Shown piece after piece: positions 17,279-26,078 of a stretch of 34,897 nucleotides of DNA (positions within the stretch are counted from its first letter, which is position 1; the number at the start of each line of letters is the position of its first letter). A model generated the notes under the pieces. That model was not told where the DNA came from and did not search any database. It saw only the letters and a list, made by a program, of their open reading frames with translations. Made by a program: the position numbers and the translations under genes. Location of the stretch: positions 1 through 34,897 of the forward strand of contig CAZLCF010000001.1 of the NCBI GenBank assembly GCA_964557905.1, given 5' to 3'. This DNA comes from an uncultured Rikenellaceae bacterium (GTDB lineage Bacteria; Bacteroidota; Bacteroidia; Bacteroidales; VadinHA17).

Positions 17279-17578
17279 ATGAAAGCGTTAAATGTATTAA
17301 AGTATGTTGGTTTTGGTATCCTTGGCGTTGGTTTCGTAACAGGTGTGATATTTGGCGTCCAGGCACTCTGGAACTGGCTGATACCAGAATTGTTTAATGG
17401 ACCTGTTCTCACCTTCTGGCAAACTGTTGGAATATTCTTCCTGTCAAAGATCCTGCTTACCGGCATTGCACCGGGGGGACAGCAAAGCCATGATAAAAAG
17501 TGGAAGAAAAAATACCAGGATAAATGCAGACAGAAAGCCGCAGAAGATCAGATCATTACAACTATCGGTGAGGTTTAG
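17279..17578 (+). CDS. Small two-TM membrane protein translationally coupled to the ECF sigma gene
   Basis: The ATG lies 1 nt after the sigma gene's TAA. 99 aa with two hydrophobic helices (VGFGILGVGFVTGVIFGV, FWQTVGIFFLSKILLTGI) and a Lys-rich tail (KKWKKKYQDKCRQK). Confidence 0.55.
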   Translation: MKALNVLKYVGFGILGVGFVTGVIFGVQALWNWLIPELFNGPVLTFWQTVGIFFLSKILLTGIAPGGQQSHDKKWKKKYQDKCRQKAAEDQIITTIGEV

Positions 17579-17661
17579 CATGAATTCGAAGAAAAGTCAC
17601 AGGGTATGCCTTTATGAAATGACCGGCAACTGATCATCAGGATTTCCATTAACTTTTCCCT

Positions 17662-17699
17662 GTCCCGCTGATCATTGATCATGCGGGACTTCGCATTTT
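17662..17699 (+). terminator. Possible intrinsic terminator after the sigma/membrane-protein pair
   Basis: GTCCCGC...GCGGGAC (7-bp GC-rich stem with extra inner pairs around TGATCA) followed by TTCGCATTTT. Confidence 0.35.
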
Positions 17700-17791
17700 A
17701 AACTTCTGGTTTAAATGATATGTATTTACATTTTCGGTATTTATTTCTATCTTTAATGTATAAGTTCACGCAGAAAATACATAACAAAAGA

Positions 17792-20149
17792 ATGAACAGG
17801 GCAACTATTTCAATATTGTTCATTTTAATAAATCACATTATATATTCTCAGGATCTGACTCAAACTATCAGAGGGAAAGTTGTTGATTCCCAGACAGAAG
17901 CTTCTCTGGTTGGCGCCGTGGTAATAATTGAAAATACAGATCCTGTCCAGGGTGCAAGAACAGATATTGAAGGAAATTTTAAGATTGAAAAAGTCTCTGT
18001 TGGAAGGCAGACCATTGTAGCGAGCCATATTGGTTATCTGTCCAACGCCCAGGAGAATATTTTTATAACCTCAAACAAGGAGACATATTTATATATTAAA
18101 CTCGAAGAATCAGTAACTTCATTAAATGAGGTATTCATAACTCACAAGCTGAAAAAGGATCAGCCGTTAAATCAGAATGCTGCAGTTTCAGCCAGGACAT
18201 TTTCAATAGAAGAGACCGAAAAGTACTCCGGAAGTATCGGCGATCCTGCAAGGATGGCTTCGAATTTCGCCGGGATAGCTACTATATGTGACCAGCGAAA
18301 TGATATTGTAATTCGCGGAAATTCACCTCTGGGAGTATTATGGAGACTTGACGGGATTGATATACCAAATCCAAATCATTTTTCATCCTTTGGAGCAAGC
18401 GGAGGTCCCATTAGTATCCTTAACAACAATCTTCTTACTAATTCCGATTTTTTTACAGGTGCTTTCCCGGCAGAATACGGGAATGCTTTGAGCGGTGTTT
18501 TCGATCTGAAAATGCGTTCCGGAAGCAACCTGAAATATGAATTTATAGCTCAGGCTGGAATGAATGGCTTTGAAATCGGTGCTGAAGGTCCGATAATAAA
18601 TAACAAATCTTCTTTTCTTATTAATTACAGATACTCCACACTTGCCATTGTTGATGCAATGGGCTTTAAGGTAGGGATAGATGCAATCCCGTTTTTCCAG
18701 GATGCTTCATTTAAGATTACTTCCAATAATACAAAATTCGGGAAATTCTCTCTGATAGGAATCGGCGGTTACAGCTATGTCAATGAGTTTGATTCAAAAA
18801 GAGACACTTCGGAACTTAAGAACGGGAAAGGAGAAGACTTTACTTTCGGATCGGGAATGGGCGCAGTCGGATTAATTCATAAACTGCTTGTCAATAACAA
18901 AATCAATATCGAAAACATCATTTCACTTTCATATACAATCAGCCATATTTCTGAAGACAACTTTTCCCTCCAGTTTCCTGAACCTTCGATCTATTACCGT
19001 CAGAAATCTGATGAAAAAGGAATTAACTTTTCTTCAAATGTCAGGTACAAGCCAAATCCAAAAAATGTTTTTCAAGCGGGCATAAGCCTGGAGATGCTTA
19101 AATTTCAATTTACTGACAGTGTAAGATCGGGAAATGATTTCATTATAAATCTCGACCAGAAAGGAAATTATGATCTTCTGAAAACCTATGTCCAATGGCA
19201 GCATAAATTCTCTGATAATTTACTCGTTTACAGCGGATTGCATTTTCTGCTGTTTACATTTAACAACAAATCTTCAGCTGAACCGAGGATTGGGCTGAAA
19301 TGGGATTTTAGTCCAAGACATTCAGTAAATATCGGATTTGGATTGCACAGCCAGCTCATTCCCCGGATGTTTTATGTCGTTGAAAGTGAAACAGATCCCG
19401 GTGAATATGACGCATTGAATCAGAAGCTTGGCTTCTCGAAAAGCATGCATTCCGTTGTTGGCTACAACTTGCTCATTTCGGAGAATCTACGATTGAAACT
19501 TGAAACATATTTTCAATATTTGTACGAAATACCGGTGAAAGTGGGAAATCCGGCCTATTCAATCATAAATTTCGGCGATAGTTATTTTGACCAGCTCCCG
19601 ATCATCGACAGCCTCGTAAATGAAGGAACAGGGAAAAATTACGGAATAGAATTAACCCTGGAAAAATTTCTTGATAAAGGCTACTATGCTCTTTTCACCG
19701 GTTCTTTATACGAATCCAGATACAGGGGATTTGACGGTATTGAAAGAAACAGTGCTTTTAACGGGAATTTTATATTGAATACTCTGGCCGGAAAGGAATT
19801 CAGGATTGGTAAACATAATTATTTAAGTTTGGATTTAAAAGTGACTTATGCCGGGAGCCTGAGATATGTACCTTATGATATTGAACAGGTCGCGGCAGAC
19901 TATTATGTAAGGCATTTTGACTGGTCCAGGGCTTACCAGAACCGCAGAAAGGACTACTTCAGGCTTAACGGACGTTTTGGGTATAAGCTGATCATGGAAA
20001 AATTCAGTGCCGAGCTTGCTGTTGATTTCATGAATATCACAAATCACAAAGATATCTTTACTGAATATTTTAACTCAAAAACAGGTGAAGTTGAATACTC
20101 ATATCAGTTTTCATTCCTGCCTATCGGATTTCTCAGGTTTCAGTTCTGA
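17792..20149 (+). CDS. TonB-dependent receptor with an N-terminal carboxypeptidase-regulatory-like domain
   Basis: ORF 17720-20149. The ATG at 17792 gives the signal peptide MNRATISILFILINHIIYSQ. A CarbopepD_reg-like segment (IRGKVVDS...GNFKIEKVSVGRQTIVASHIGY) is followed by a plug-like region and a long barrel ending LRFQF. Confidence 0.7.
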   Translation: MNRATISILFILINHIIYSQDLTQTIRGKVVDSQTEASLVGAVVIIENTDPVQGARTDIEGNFKIEKVSVGRQTIVASHIGYLSNAQENIFITSNKETYLYIKLEESVTSLNEVFITHKLKKDQPLNQNAAVSARTFSIEETEKYSGSIGDPARMASNFAGIATICDQRNDIVIRGNSPLGVLWRLDGIDIPNPNHFSSFGASGGPISILNNNLLTNSDFFTGAFPAEYGNALSGVFDLKMRSGSNLKYEFIAQAGMNGFEIGAEGPIINNKSSFLINYRYSTLAIVDAMGFKVGIDAIPFFQDASFKITSNNTKFGKFSLIGIGGYSYVNEFDSKRDTSELKNGKGEDFTFGSGMGAVGLIHKLLVNNKINIENIISLSYTISHISEDNFSLQFPEPSIYYRQKSDEKGINFSSNVRYKPNPKNVFQAGISLEMLKFQFTDSVRSGNDFIINLDQKGNYDLLKTYVQWQHKFSDNLLVYSGLHFLLFTFNNKSSAEPRIGLKWDFSPRHSVNIGFGLHSQLIPRMFYVVESETDPGEYDALNQKLGFSKSMHSVVGYNLLISENLRLKLETYFQYLYEIPVKVGNPAYSIINFGDSYFDQLPIIDSLVNEGTGKNYGIELTLEKFLDKGYYALFTGSLYESRYRGFDGIERNSAFNGNFILNTLAGKEFRIGKHNYLSLDLKVTYAGSLRYVPYDIEQVAADYYVRHFDWSRAYQNRRKDYFRLNGRFGYKLIMEKFSAELAVDFMNITNHKDIFTEYFNSKTGEVEYSYQFSFLPIGFLRFQF

Positions 20150-20304
20150 ATTCTTCGTTAATTCCCCCTCCTGCTTTTGAAGTAGTAATTTTTTGACAAA
20201 AACTGATAGCTTTTGACGAATGACAGTTTAATAATCAACAAAATATCTCACTTTTGCAGTATATTTAAAAAGAATATCTGAAGATATCCGGTTTATTCAA
20301 AGCT

Positions 20305-20763
20305 ATGGCAGAACTAAAGAATATACTGATCGAAGGAACTGTAAAGACTCCTCAGATTGATTTCAATCAACTTACAGGCGAACTTATTTTGTCCGGCAAA
20401 TCAATTCCTGAAAATGTAGCCAAAGTTTATGATCCCGTTCTGGCCTGGATAAGAGAGTATGTGAAATCACCGCGTAAGACTACCAATTTCCGGCTTAATC
20501 TTGAATATTTCAATACCGCATCATCAATCTGGCTTGCTAAAATAATCAAAACATTAAGCTCAATCAATAAACCTGATTATGTTCTCCTTATTCATCTGTA
20601 CATTGATATTGAGGATACTGACACCCTTGATTTAGATGATATAAAGGATATTATGGGCTCGCTTATAGATAATATAGGTGAACCATTAGTAAGTGTTGGC
20701 ATCAAGATCTATGGACTTGATGAAAATGGCAGGACTGTTAAGGAATCACAGATTTTTATCTGA
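20305..20763 (+). CDS. DUF1987 (SiaC-like) domain protein
   Basis: 152 aa. The N-terminal LIEGTVKTPQIDFNQLTGELILSGKSIPENVAKVYDPVLAWIREY matches my memory of the DUF1987 family. Confidence 0.6.
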   Translation: MAELKNILIEGTVKTPQIDFNQLTGELILSGKSIPENVAKVYDPVLAWIREYVKSPRKTTNFRLNLEYFNTASSIWLAKIIKTLSSINKPDYVLLIHLYIDIEDTDTLDLDDIKDIMGSLIDNIGEPLVSVGIKIYGLDENGRTVKESQIFI

Positions 20764-20800
20764 TACATTCCCGTTCACAAATTTCCATCTCCCTTTTTTC

Positions 20801-21959
20801 TCACTGAACCAGAGGATAGGCGCCAATATACGGCACATCCTTTTTGGGACGCTTCAGAAGAAAGCTTATTTCAAGAGGTAAAGCTGATGCAGCTTTTGCA
20901 CCGGGGAATATGGGTATCAGCTGGTAATTGCCCAGTTCAATGCTTTTAAATACATTATAATCTGTGTAAAATGTACTGTGAGCAGAAAATTCCGGATGAA
21001 TCCTATTCAAATCAACGGGAGAACCTAATCCGATAATACACGTATCATTCCTGGCGGGACTCCATAATATCATTGGAGTACTTTTTCTTCTGGTATTTTG
21101 CACATACACATTATAATCAAGCTGTTTGAGCTGTGGATTGGGCAGTTTTTCGCAAAGCATCCTTCTTTGCCATACATATAATAACGGTTTATTAAAACCG
21201 GCATCACCGGTCATAAGGTTATTTACAAATACGTGTCCTTCCCGTTTATCCACATCAGGACCTGTAGCCGGATGCCACCCGAAACGGTCACCGACGGCGC
21301 TTCTTTCACTGCGGCTTATACAGGCTGTGCTGTTAACAAGAGTATTCTGGTACATTTTAACATCACAGCTGTTAAGTATGTGTATCCCAAGGTCGCAATT
21401 GATAAATACATTCCCGGCACAGATTGCGCCTTTGGAGATCTCAAAAAAGAATCCGCTTTCACTCGGCCATGTTTGTAAATAATTAATGGCATTTGATGCG
21501 CTGCCACCAGCTGGCCGGTTTGGAAGGAAAAAGGTGGTCCCATTTCGTGGTCCATAATCCGTTACCCAGGTTTTTCCATTCACCGGCTATATAAGTTCCC
21601 TTCAGAACCGGTTGTTCATCCAGGTATGGTTGAATTGTTATTCCCTGGTTCAATAAAAGATTGCCGGTCCGGTAAGTACCGCCGCGCATAATGATAACAT
21701 CACCTGTTTTCACTTTTGCAATAGCCTCTTCAATAGTTGCGGGATCAGTCAGAGTTTCTCCTTTTGCTTCTTTTTTACCATCAGGAGCAACATAATATAT
21801 TTTGTCGTCTGTCTTTGGCAGGGGCCAGGTCTGTCTTACCGGTCCATACGGGCCGCCGGATGGTTGAGCTATGACGGTCAGTGAAAAGAGAAGATAAAAA
21901 ATAAAAATGCTGATCTTACGGTAAAATTCGACAACTTTCCCGGAATTGATTGATTTCAT
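20801..21959 (-). pseudogene. Right-handed beta-helix (pectate-lyase-fold) secreted protein split across two frames
   Basis: ORFs 21483-21959 and 20801-21583 overlap by 101 nt in different frames. The upstream ORF has a signal peptide and the typical N-terminal cap (YYVAPDG...GDVIIMRGGTYR). The downstream ORF contains beta-helix turns (AICAGNVFINCDLGIHILNSCDVKMYQNTLVNS) and has only a GTG start with no signal. Confidence 0.55.
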
Positions 21960-22067
21960 TTCATGGTCATTTATTTATTACACTTAATGAATAAAGATAC
22001 TAAACTATGCAAAATTTGAAATTAAGAAATCGATTTAAAGATCTCCTGAAACAGATTCATTGTTTCC

Positions 22068-25000
22068 TTAAATTTCTTTTTTGACTTCTACAGTTCTTCT
22101 CCTGTCTTCATGTTTATAGATAAGGTGTAATATTGTCGGGAAAATTATCAGAAGCAGAGGCAGGGCAACAACAAAACCACCGATTACAGAAATTGCCAGA
22201 GGCTGATGCATCTGTGCTCCGGTGCCAATTCCTATTGCAAGAGGCAGCAATGCAATAATAGCGCCCAGTGCTGTCATTAGCTTTGGGCGTAATCTTGTCG
22301 AAATTGCGAAAACAATAGATTCATCCACTGACCCCTTTTCGCGGTTTGTCATAAACTGCTGAAATGTAAAAATCGCATTCTCACCAATAATTCCTACAAT
22401 CATAATGAGGCCGGTATAACTTCCGACATTTAAAGGAGTATTGGTGATAAAGAGGGCAATCAGGCTGCCTGAAAGACCCAGAACAGCAATGAATAGTATT
22501 GCGCATGCAGCTTTGAAATCCCTGAAAAGGAATAACATAAGAGCAAATACAAGAAGGCTGGATAATATAAGTATAAGCAGAAGCTCATTAAATGATTTCT
22601 GCTGATCTGCATATTCCCCTCCATACTCGATATGATATCCCTGTGGAAGAAAGACATCCTTTTCTATCATCTTTTGAATCTCCTTCATTGCACTTCCCAA
22701 ATCCCTGTTATTCAGCCTTGCAGTAACAATTGAAACGGATTTCAGGTTTTCCCTTGTTATCTCAGCAACACCTTCCTGTACTTTAATATCAGCAAATGAT
22801 GAAAGAGGTTTTAATTTACCATCCGGCACAAAAATATTTTGATTCTTAACCCGCACAAGAGCATTTTCTGTACTGCCGGGATAGATCATTCTGATATCGG
22901 TCATCTGTTCTTTTTCAAGGATATTTCCAACAATATTCCCTTCCATCATAGTTTGAACCTGATATTGGAATGATTCAGGAGTAACATTAAAACGAGCTAA
23001 TTCCTGATGATCAGGAATAAATTCGATCGAAGGTCCTGCAATAATGATCCCATCAAATACATCTTCTATACCATTTATCTTTTCAATTTCACCGGCAACC
23101 TGTTGTCCCAGTTCATTCAGCTTTGCCTGTTCAGTACCAAATATTTTGATCTCGATTGGCTGAACAGATGCCATAAGGTCACCTAACATATCACCGATTA
23201 TCTGACCGAAATCTACCAGCAGTGCCGGTTGAGTTGCCTCAATACGAGTCCTTATATCATCTATTACTTCCTCTGTTGAACGATCTCTGTTGTTCCGAAG
23301 TTGAATAAGATAATCGCCGGTATTGGGTTCGGTGACGAAAAACCCCATTTCTGTACCGATCCTGCGTGAGTATGTCTCTACTTCCGGAATTGTTACAATT
23401 ATTTTTTCAACCTCTATAAGGATTCTTTCAGTCTCTTCAAGCGAAGTACCTGGCGGTGACCAATAATCAAGGATTATTGATCCTTCATCCATCTCTGGTA
23501 AAAAGCCTGTCTCCATTCTTGGAATGATATAAAGAATGGATCCGATGAGACATAAAATGACAATAATGCTTATTATCGGTTTCTTTATAAAAAAGCTTAC
23601 CCAGTTTCTTGTTTTGGTAAGTTTGATTTTATCTGTTTTATTTTCCGGGAACAGTGATCTTAACCGGGAGAACCACAGGAAGATTACCGGAAGTCCGATC
23701 CATGTTACAAGGAAAGAACATACAAGGGTAATTACCATTGTATTCGTCAGCACATTAAAATATGCACCTGCAACTCCACCGAGAAGGGTAAAGGGAATAA
23801 AAATGACAATCGTGCTTATAGATGATCCGATCATGGAAGGCATGAGGTATTTTATTGCCTGATGAACAAGTTGATTCGATGGCCGGTCAGGAAACTCCTC
23901 ATGGGTCCTGTGAATCTGTTCAACGACGACCACTGCATCATCAATTATCAATCCAATGGCAGCAGCTATTGCTCCAAATGTCATAATATTAAGTGTATAA
24001 CCTATGCCATACAGAACGATAATTGTGAGGAGGAGAGTTATCGGAATCGTAACCAGTATTGTTCCGCTGGTCCTGAAGGATCTGAGAAACAGAATAGCTA
24101 CCAGGATAGCCAGGACAAGTCCAATCCAGAGACTGTCATTCACGCTTTTTATAGCCCGGTTCACAAAATCTGCCTGATCATAATACAGTGATATATGTAC
24201 ATCGGGAGGAAGTATCTTTTCAAGTTCTTTCTTTTTAGATGCAAGTTTTTTTGAAAGATTCACCAGGTTTGCATTGGGCTGTTTCAGAATTGCGATCAGT
24301 AAACCCTGGCGGCCATTTGCATTGATCCTTGTGTATTCTGTTTTTTCACGTACATTGACACTTGCAACATCTTTTACTTTAATTATCCTTTTCCCGTCAT
24401 TCCTGATGACCACATTTTCTATATCACTAAGATTATAAAGACCCGCATCGGTAACGGTCAGATATAATCTTCGGTAGTCCGAAAGAAATCCGTTTGAACT
24501 GATAAAATAATTCCGGTTCAGGACATCACCGATCATTTCCGGAGTGATGGAATAAGAACTCATTTTCTGCTGATTAAGCTCAATCCAGAATTCTTTTGTC
24601 TTTCCGCCAATTATGCCAATCTGAGAGACTCCCTCAACCTGGGAAAGGAAAGGCTTAATAGTATAAGTTGCCAGGAGGTTTAGTTCAATCGGAGTCTTTT
24701 TATCGCTTTCAATTGTATAACCGATCACAGGCAGAATTGACGGATTCATTTTTTCAATCTGAATCTGAACATCAGGAGGAAGCTCATTTTTTATCTGTGC
24801 TATGCGGGATTCCAGCATTTGCTGATTAACATTGATATCTGCATCCCAGTTAAGGAAGGCAGATATCTCACATGAACCGCGGCTGGTCATACTTCGAAGC
24901 GTTTTCAGGTCAGGAATCTGCTTAATTGCATCTTCAAGAGGACGGGTAACGGATACCATCATTTTGTCGACAGGCTGTTCCCCGTTATCAGCAATTACTT

Positions 25001-25130
25001 TGATTTTAGGAAAAGTTATTTCAGGAAAGAGAGATACCTGTATTTGTCCGTAAAGAAATAATCCGCCTGCAATAATTGCTGCCAGAATTACTGAAACCGG
25101 ATTCTTATATGAAAGAAAAAAATTCTTCAT
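22068..25130 (-). CDS. RND efflux transporter permease subunit (AcrB/CzcA superfamily)
   Basis: 1020 aa with 12-TM/two-large-loop RND architecture. Recognisable blocks include FGAIAAAIGLIIDDAVVVVE. Confidence 0.85.
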   Translation of the reverse strand: MKNFFLSYKNPVSVILAAIIAGGLFLYGQIQVSLFPEITFPKIKVIADNGEQPVDKMMVSVTRPLEDAIKQIPDLKTLRSMTSRGSCEISAFLNWDADINVNQQMLESRIAQIKNELPPDVQIQIEKMNPSILPVIGYTIESDKKTPIELNLLATYTIKPFLSQVEGVSQIGIIGGKTKEFWIELNQQKMSSYSITPEMIGDVLNRNYFISSNGFLSDYRRLYLTVTDAGLYNLSDIENVVIRNDGKRIIKVKDVASVNVREKTEYTRINANGRQGLLIAILKQPNANLVNLSKKLASKKKELEKILPPDVHISLYYDQADFVNRAIKSVNDSLWIGLVLAILVAILFLRSFRTSGTILVTIPITLLLTIIVLYGIGYTLNIMTFGAIAAAIGLIIDDAVVVVEQIHRTHEEFPDRPSNQLVHQAIKYLMPSMIGSSISTIVIFIPFTLLGGVAGAYFNVLTNTMVITLVCSFLVTWIGLPVIFLWFSRLRSLFPENKTDKIKLTKTRNWVSFFIKKPIISIIVILCLIGSILYIIPRMETGFLPEMDEGSIILDYWSPPGTSLEETERILIEVEKIIVTIPEVETYSRRIGTEMGFFVTEPNTGDYLIQLRNNRDRSTEEVIDDIRTRIEATQPALLVDFGQIIGDMLGDLMASVQPIEIKIFGTEQAKLNELGQQVAGEIEKINGIEDVFDGIIIAGPSIEFIPDHQELARFNVTPESFQYQVQTMMEGNIVGNILEKEQMTDIRMIYPGSTENALVRVKNQNIFVPDGKLKPLSSFADIKVQEGVAEITRENLKSVSIVTARLNNRDLGSAMKEIQKMIEKDVFLPQGYHIEYGGEYADQQKSFNELLLILILSSLLVFALMLFLFRDFKAACAILFIAVLGLSGSLIALFITNTPLNVGSYTGLIMIVGIIGENAIFTFQQFMTNREKGSVDESIVFAISTRLRPKLMTALGAIIALLPLAIGIGTGAQMHQPLAISVIGGFVVALPLLLIIFPTILHLIYKHEDRRRTVEVKKEI

Positions 25131-25138
25131 TCCAATAA

Positions 25139-26065
25139 TTACTTAATAACAACTCTTGCCGTATCCGGAAGACCATAGCTTCCTGTAAGAATAATCCTGT
25201 CGGTCTGTGCAAATTCAGGATCGGTTATTTCAACTTCCTCATTATTTTCAAATCCTTTCTTAACAGGAATTTTTATGGCAGTGGTGTCATTTATGAGCTT
25301 CATCACCCAGAATTCAGTCTGCGTCTCATTGCTAAGGACAGCAGATTTAGGCAGAACGGAAGCGTTAGTCCTGCTGCTTAGAATAATACTGACAAGAGCA
25401 TTCAGGTTTGCAGGAAGATGTCCGGCAAAGACCGGTTTGATAACAAACTTTACTGTCTGCGCCTGGGAATCCATTTCCGGAAGCTTACCGGTTATGTTAC
25501 CATTAATAATCTGATTATCCGGCAGTTGTATTTTGCAGGTTGTATTTTTTTCAACGTATTTTACAAATTCAAACGGAGTGTCAAGAATAAAAACAAGACT
25601 GTTTTGTTCCGAAATAACTGCAAGTTCATCACCCTCCTGGACAAAGTCGCCATTCTGATGGGAAACAGAACTTATCACTCCGGATGTCGGTGAAATGATA
25701 TTTATCCTGCCCTTAAAAGAAAATGTGCTGTCATCTATCATGGAATTATTCATTGCTGACGCTTCACGTGTTCTGATTGTATAAAGGATCTGATCCTTTT
25801 TTACATAATCTCCCAATATTATGGAAATACTTTCAACAGTCCCGGTAGTTGCAGACCGGATAATACTTTTATTGAGAAAAACTGTTACTGCAGGGAGATC
25901 AATGGTTTCTGTAACTGGTTTGTCTTTTACATTTACAATAGTGACCGGAGTTATCACTGATGCATCCACTTCAGAAGTTACAGTCGTTTGGTTGCATGCA
26001 GTGAGAAATAATATCGGCAATGCAATCAAACAGAATAAGTCAGAAGTTATTTTCGTTGATATCAT
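25139..26065 (-). CDS. RND periplasmic adaptor (membrane fusion protein) lipoprotein, short form
   Basis: 308 aa with a lipobox (LFLTAC). The two lipoyl half-motifs (TGTVESISIILGDYVKKDQILYTI and TSGVISSVSHQNGDFVQEGDELAVI) are separated by only about 25 residues. It sits between the TolC-like and RND genes. Confidence 0.7.
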   Translation of the reverse strand: MISTKITSDLFCLIALPILFLTACNQTTVTSEVDASVITPVTIVNVKDKPVTETIDLPAVTVFLNKSIIRSATTGTVESISIILGDYVKKDQILYTIRTREASAMNNSMIDDSTFSFKGRINIISPTSGVISSVSHQNGDFVQEGDELAVISEQNSLVFILDTPFEFVKYVEKNTTCKIQLPDNQIINGNITGKLPEMDSQAQTVKFVIKPVFAGHLPANLNALVSIILSSRTNASVLPKSAVLSNETQTEFWVMKLINDTTAIKIPVKKGFENNEEVEITDPEFAQTDRIILTGSYGLPDTARVVIK

Positions 26066-26078
26066 AGGGTTTTATTGA

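Noticed and set aside
17579-17791. A possible riboswitch (cobalamin, TPP or similar) in the 213-nt leader of the TonB-dependent receptor gene.
   Set aside because: I could not find a B12-box-like GCCACTG, a TPP CTGAGA/ACCTGA pair or any other signature I recognise. The only strong structure is a simple hairpin, better explained as the terminator of the upstream pair.
20171-20220. Three TTTTGA motifs spaced 16 and 20 nt apart upstream of the DUF1987 gene, as a possible operator or repeat.
   Set aside because: The motif is short and AT-rich in an AT-rich spacer and the spacing is irregular. No matching TAnnTTTG box lies at the right distance, so it is indistinguishable from chance.
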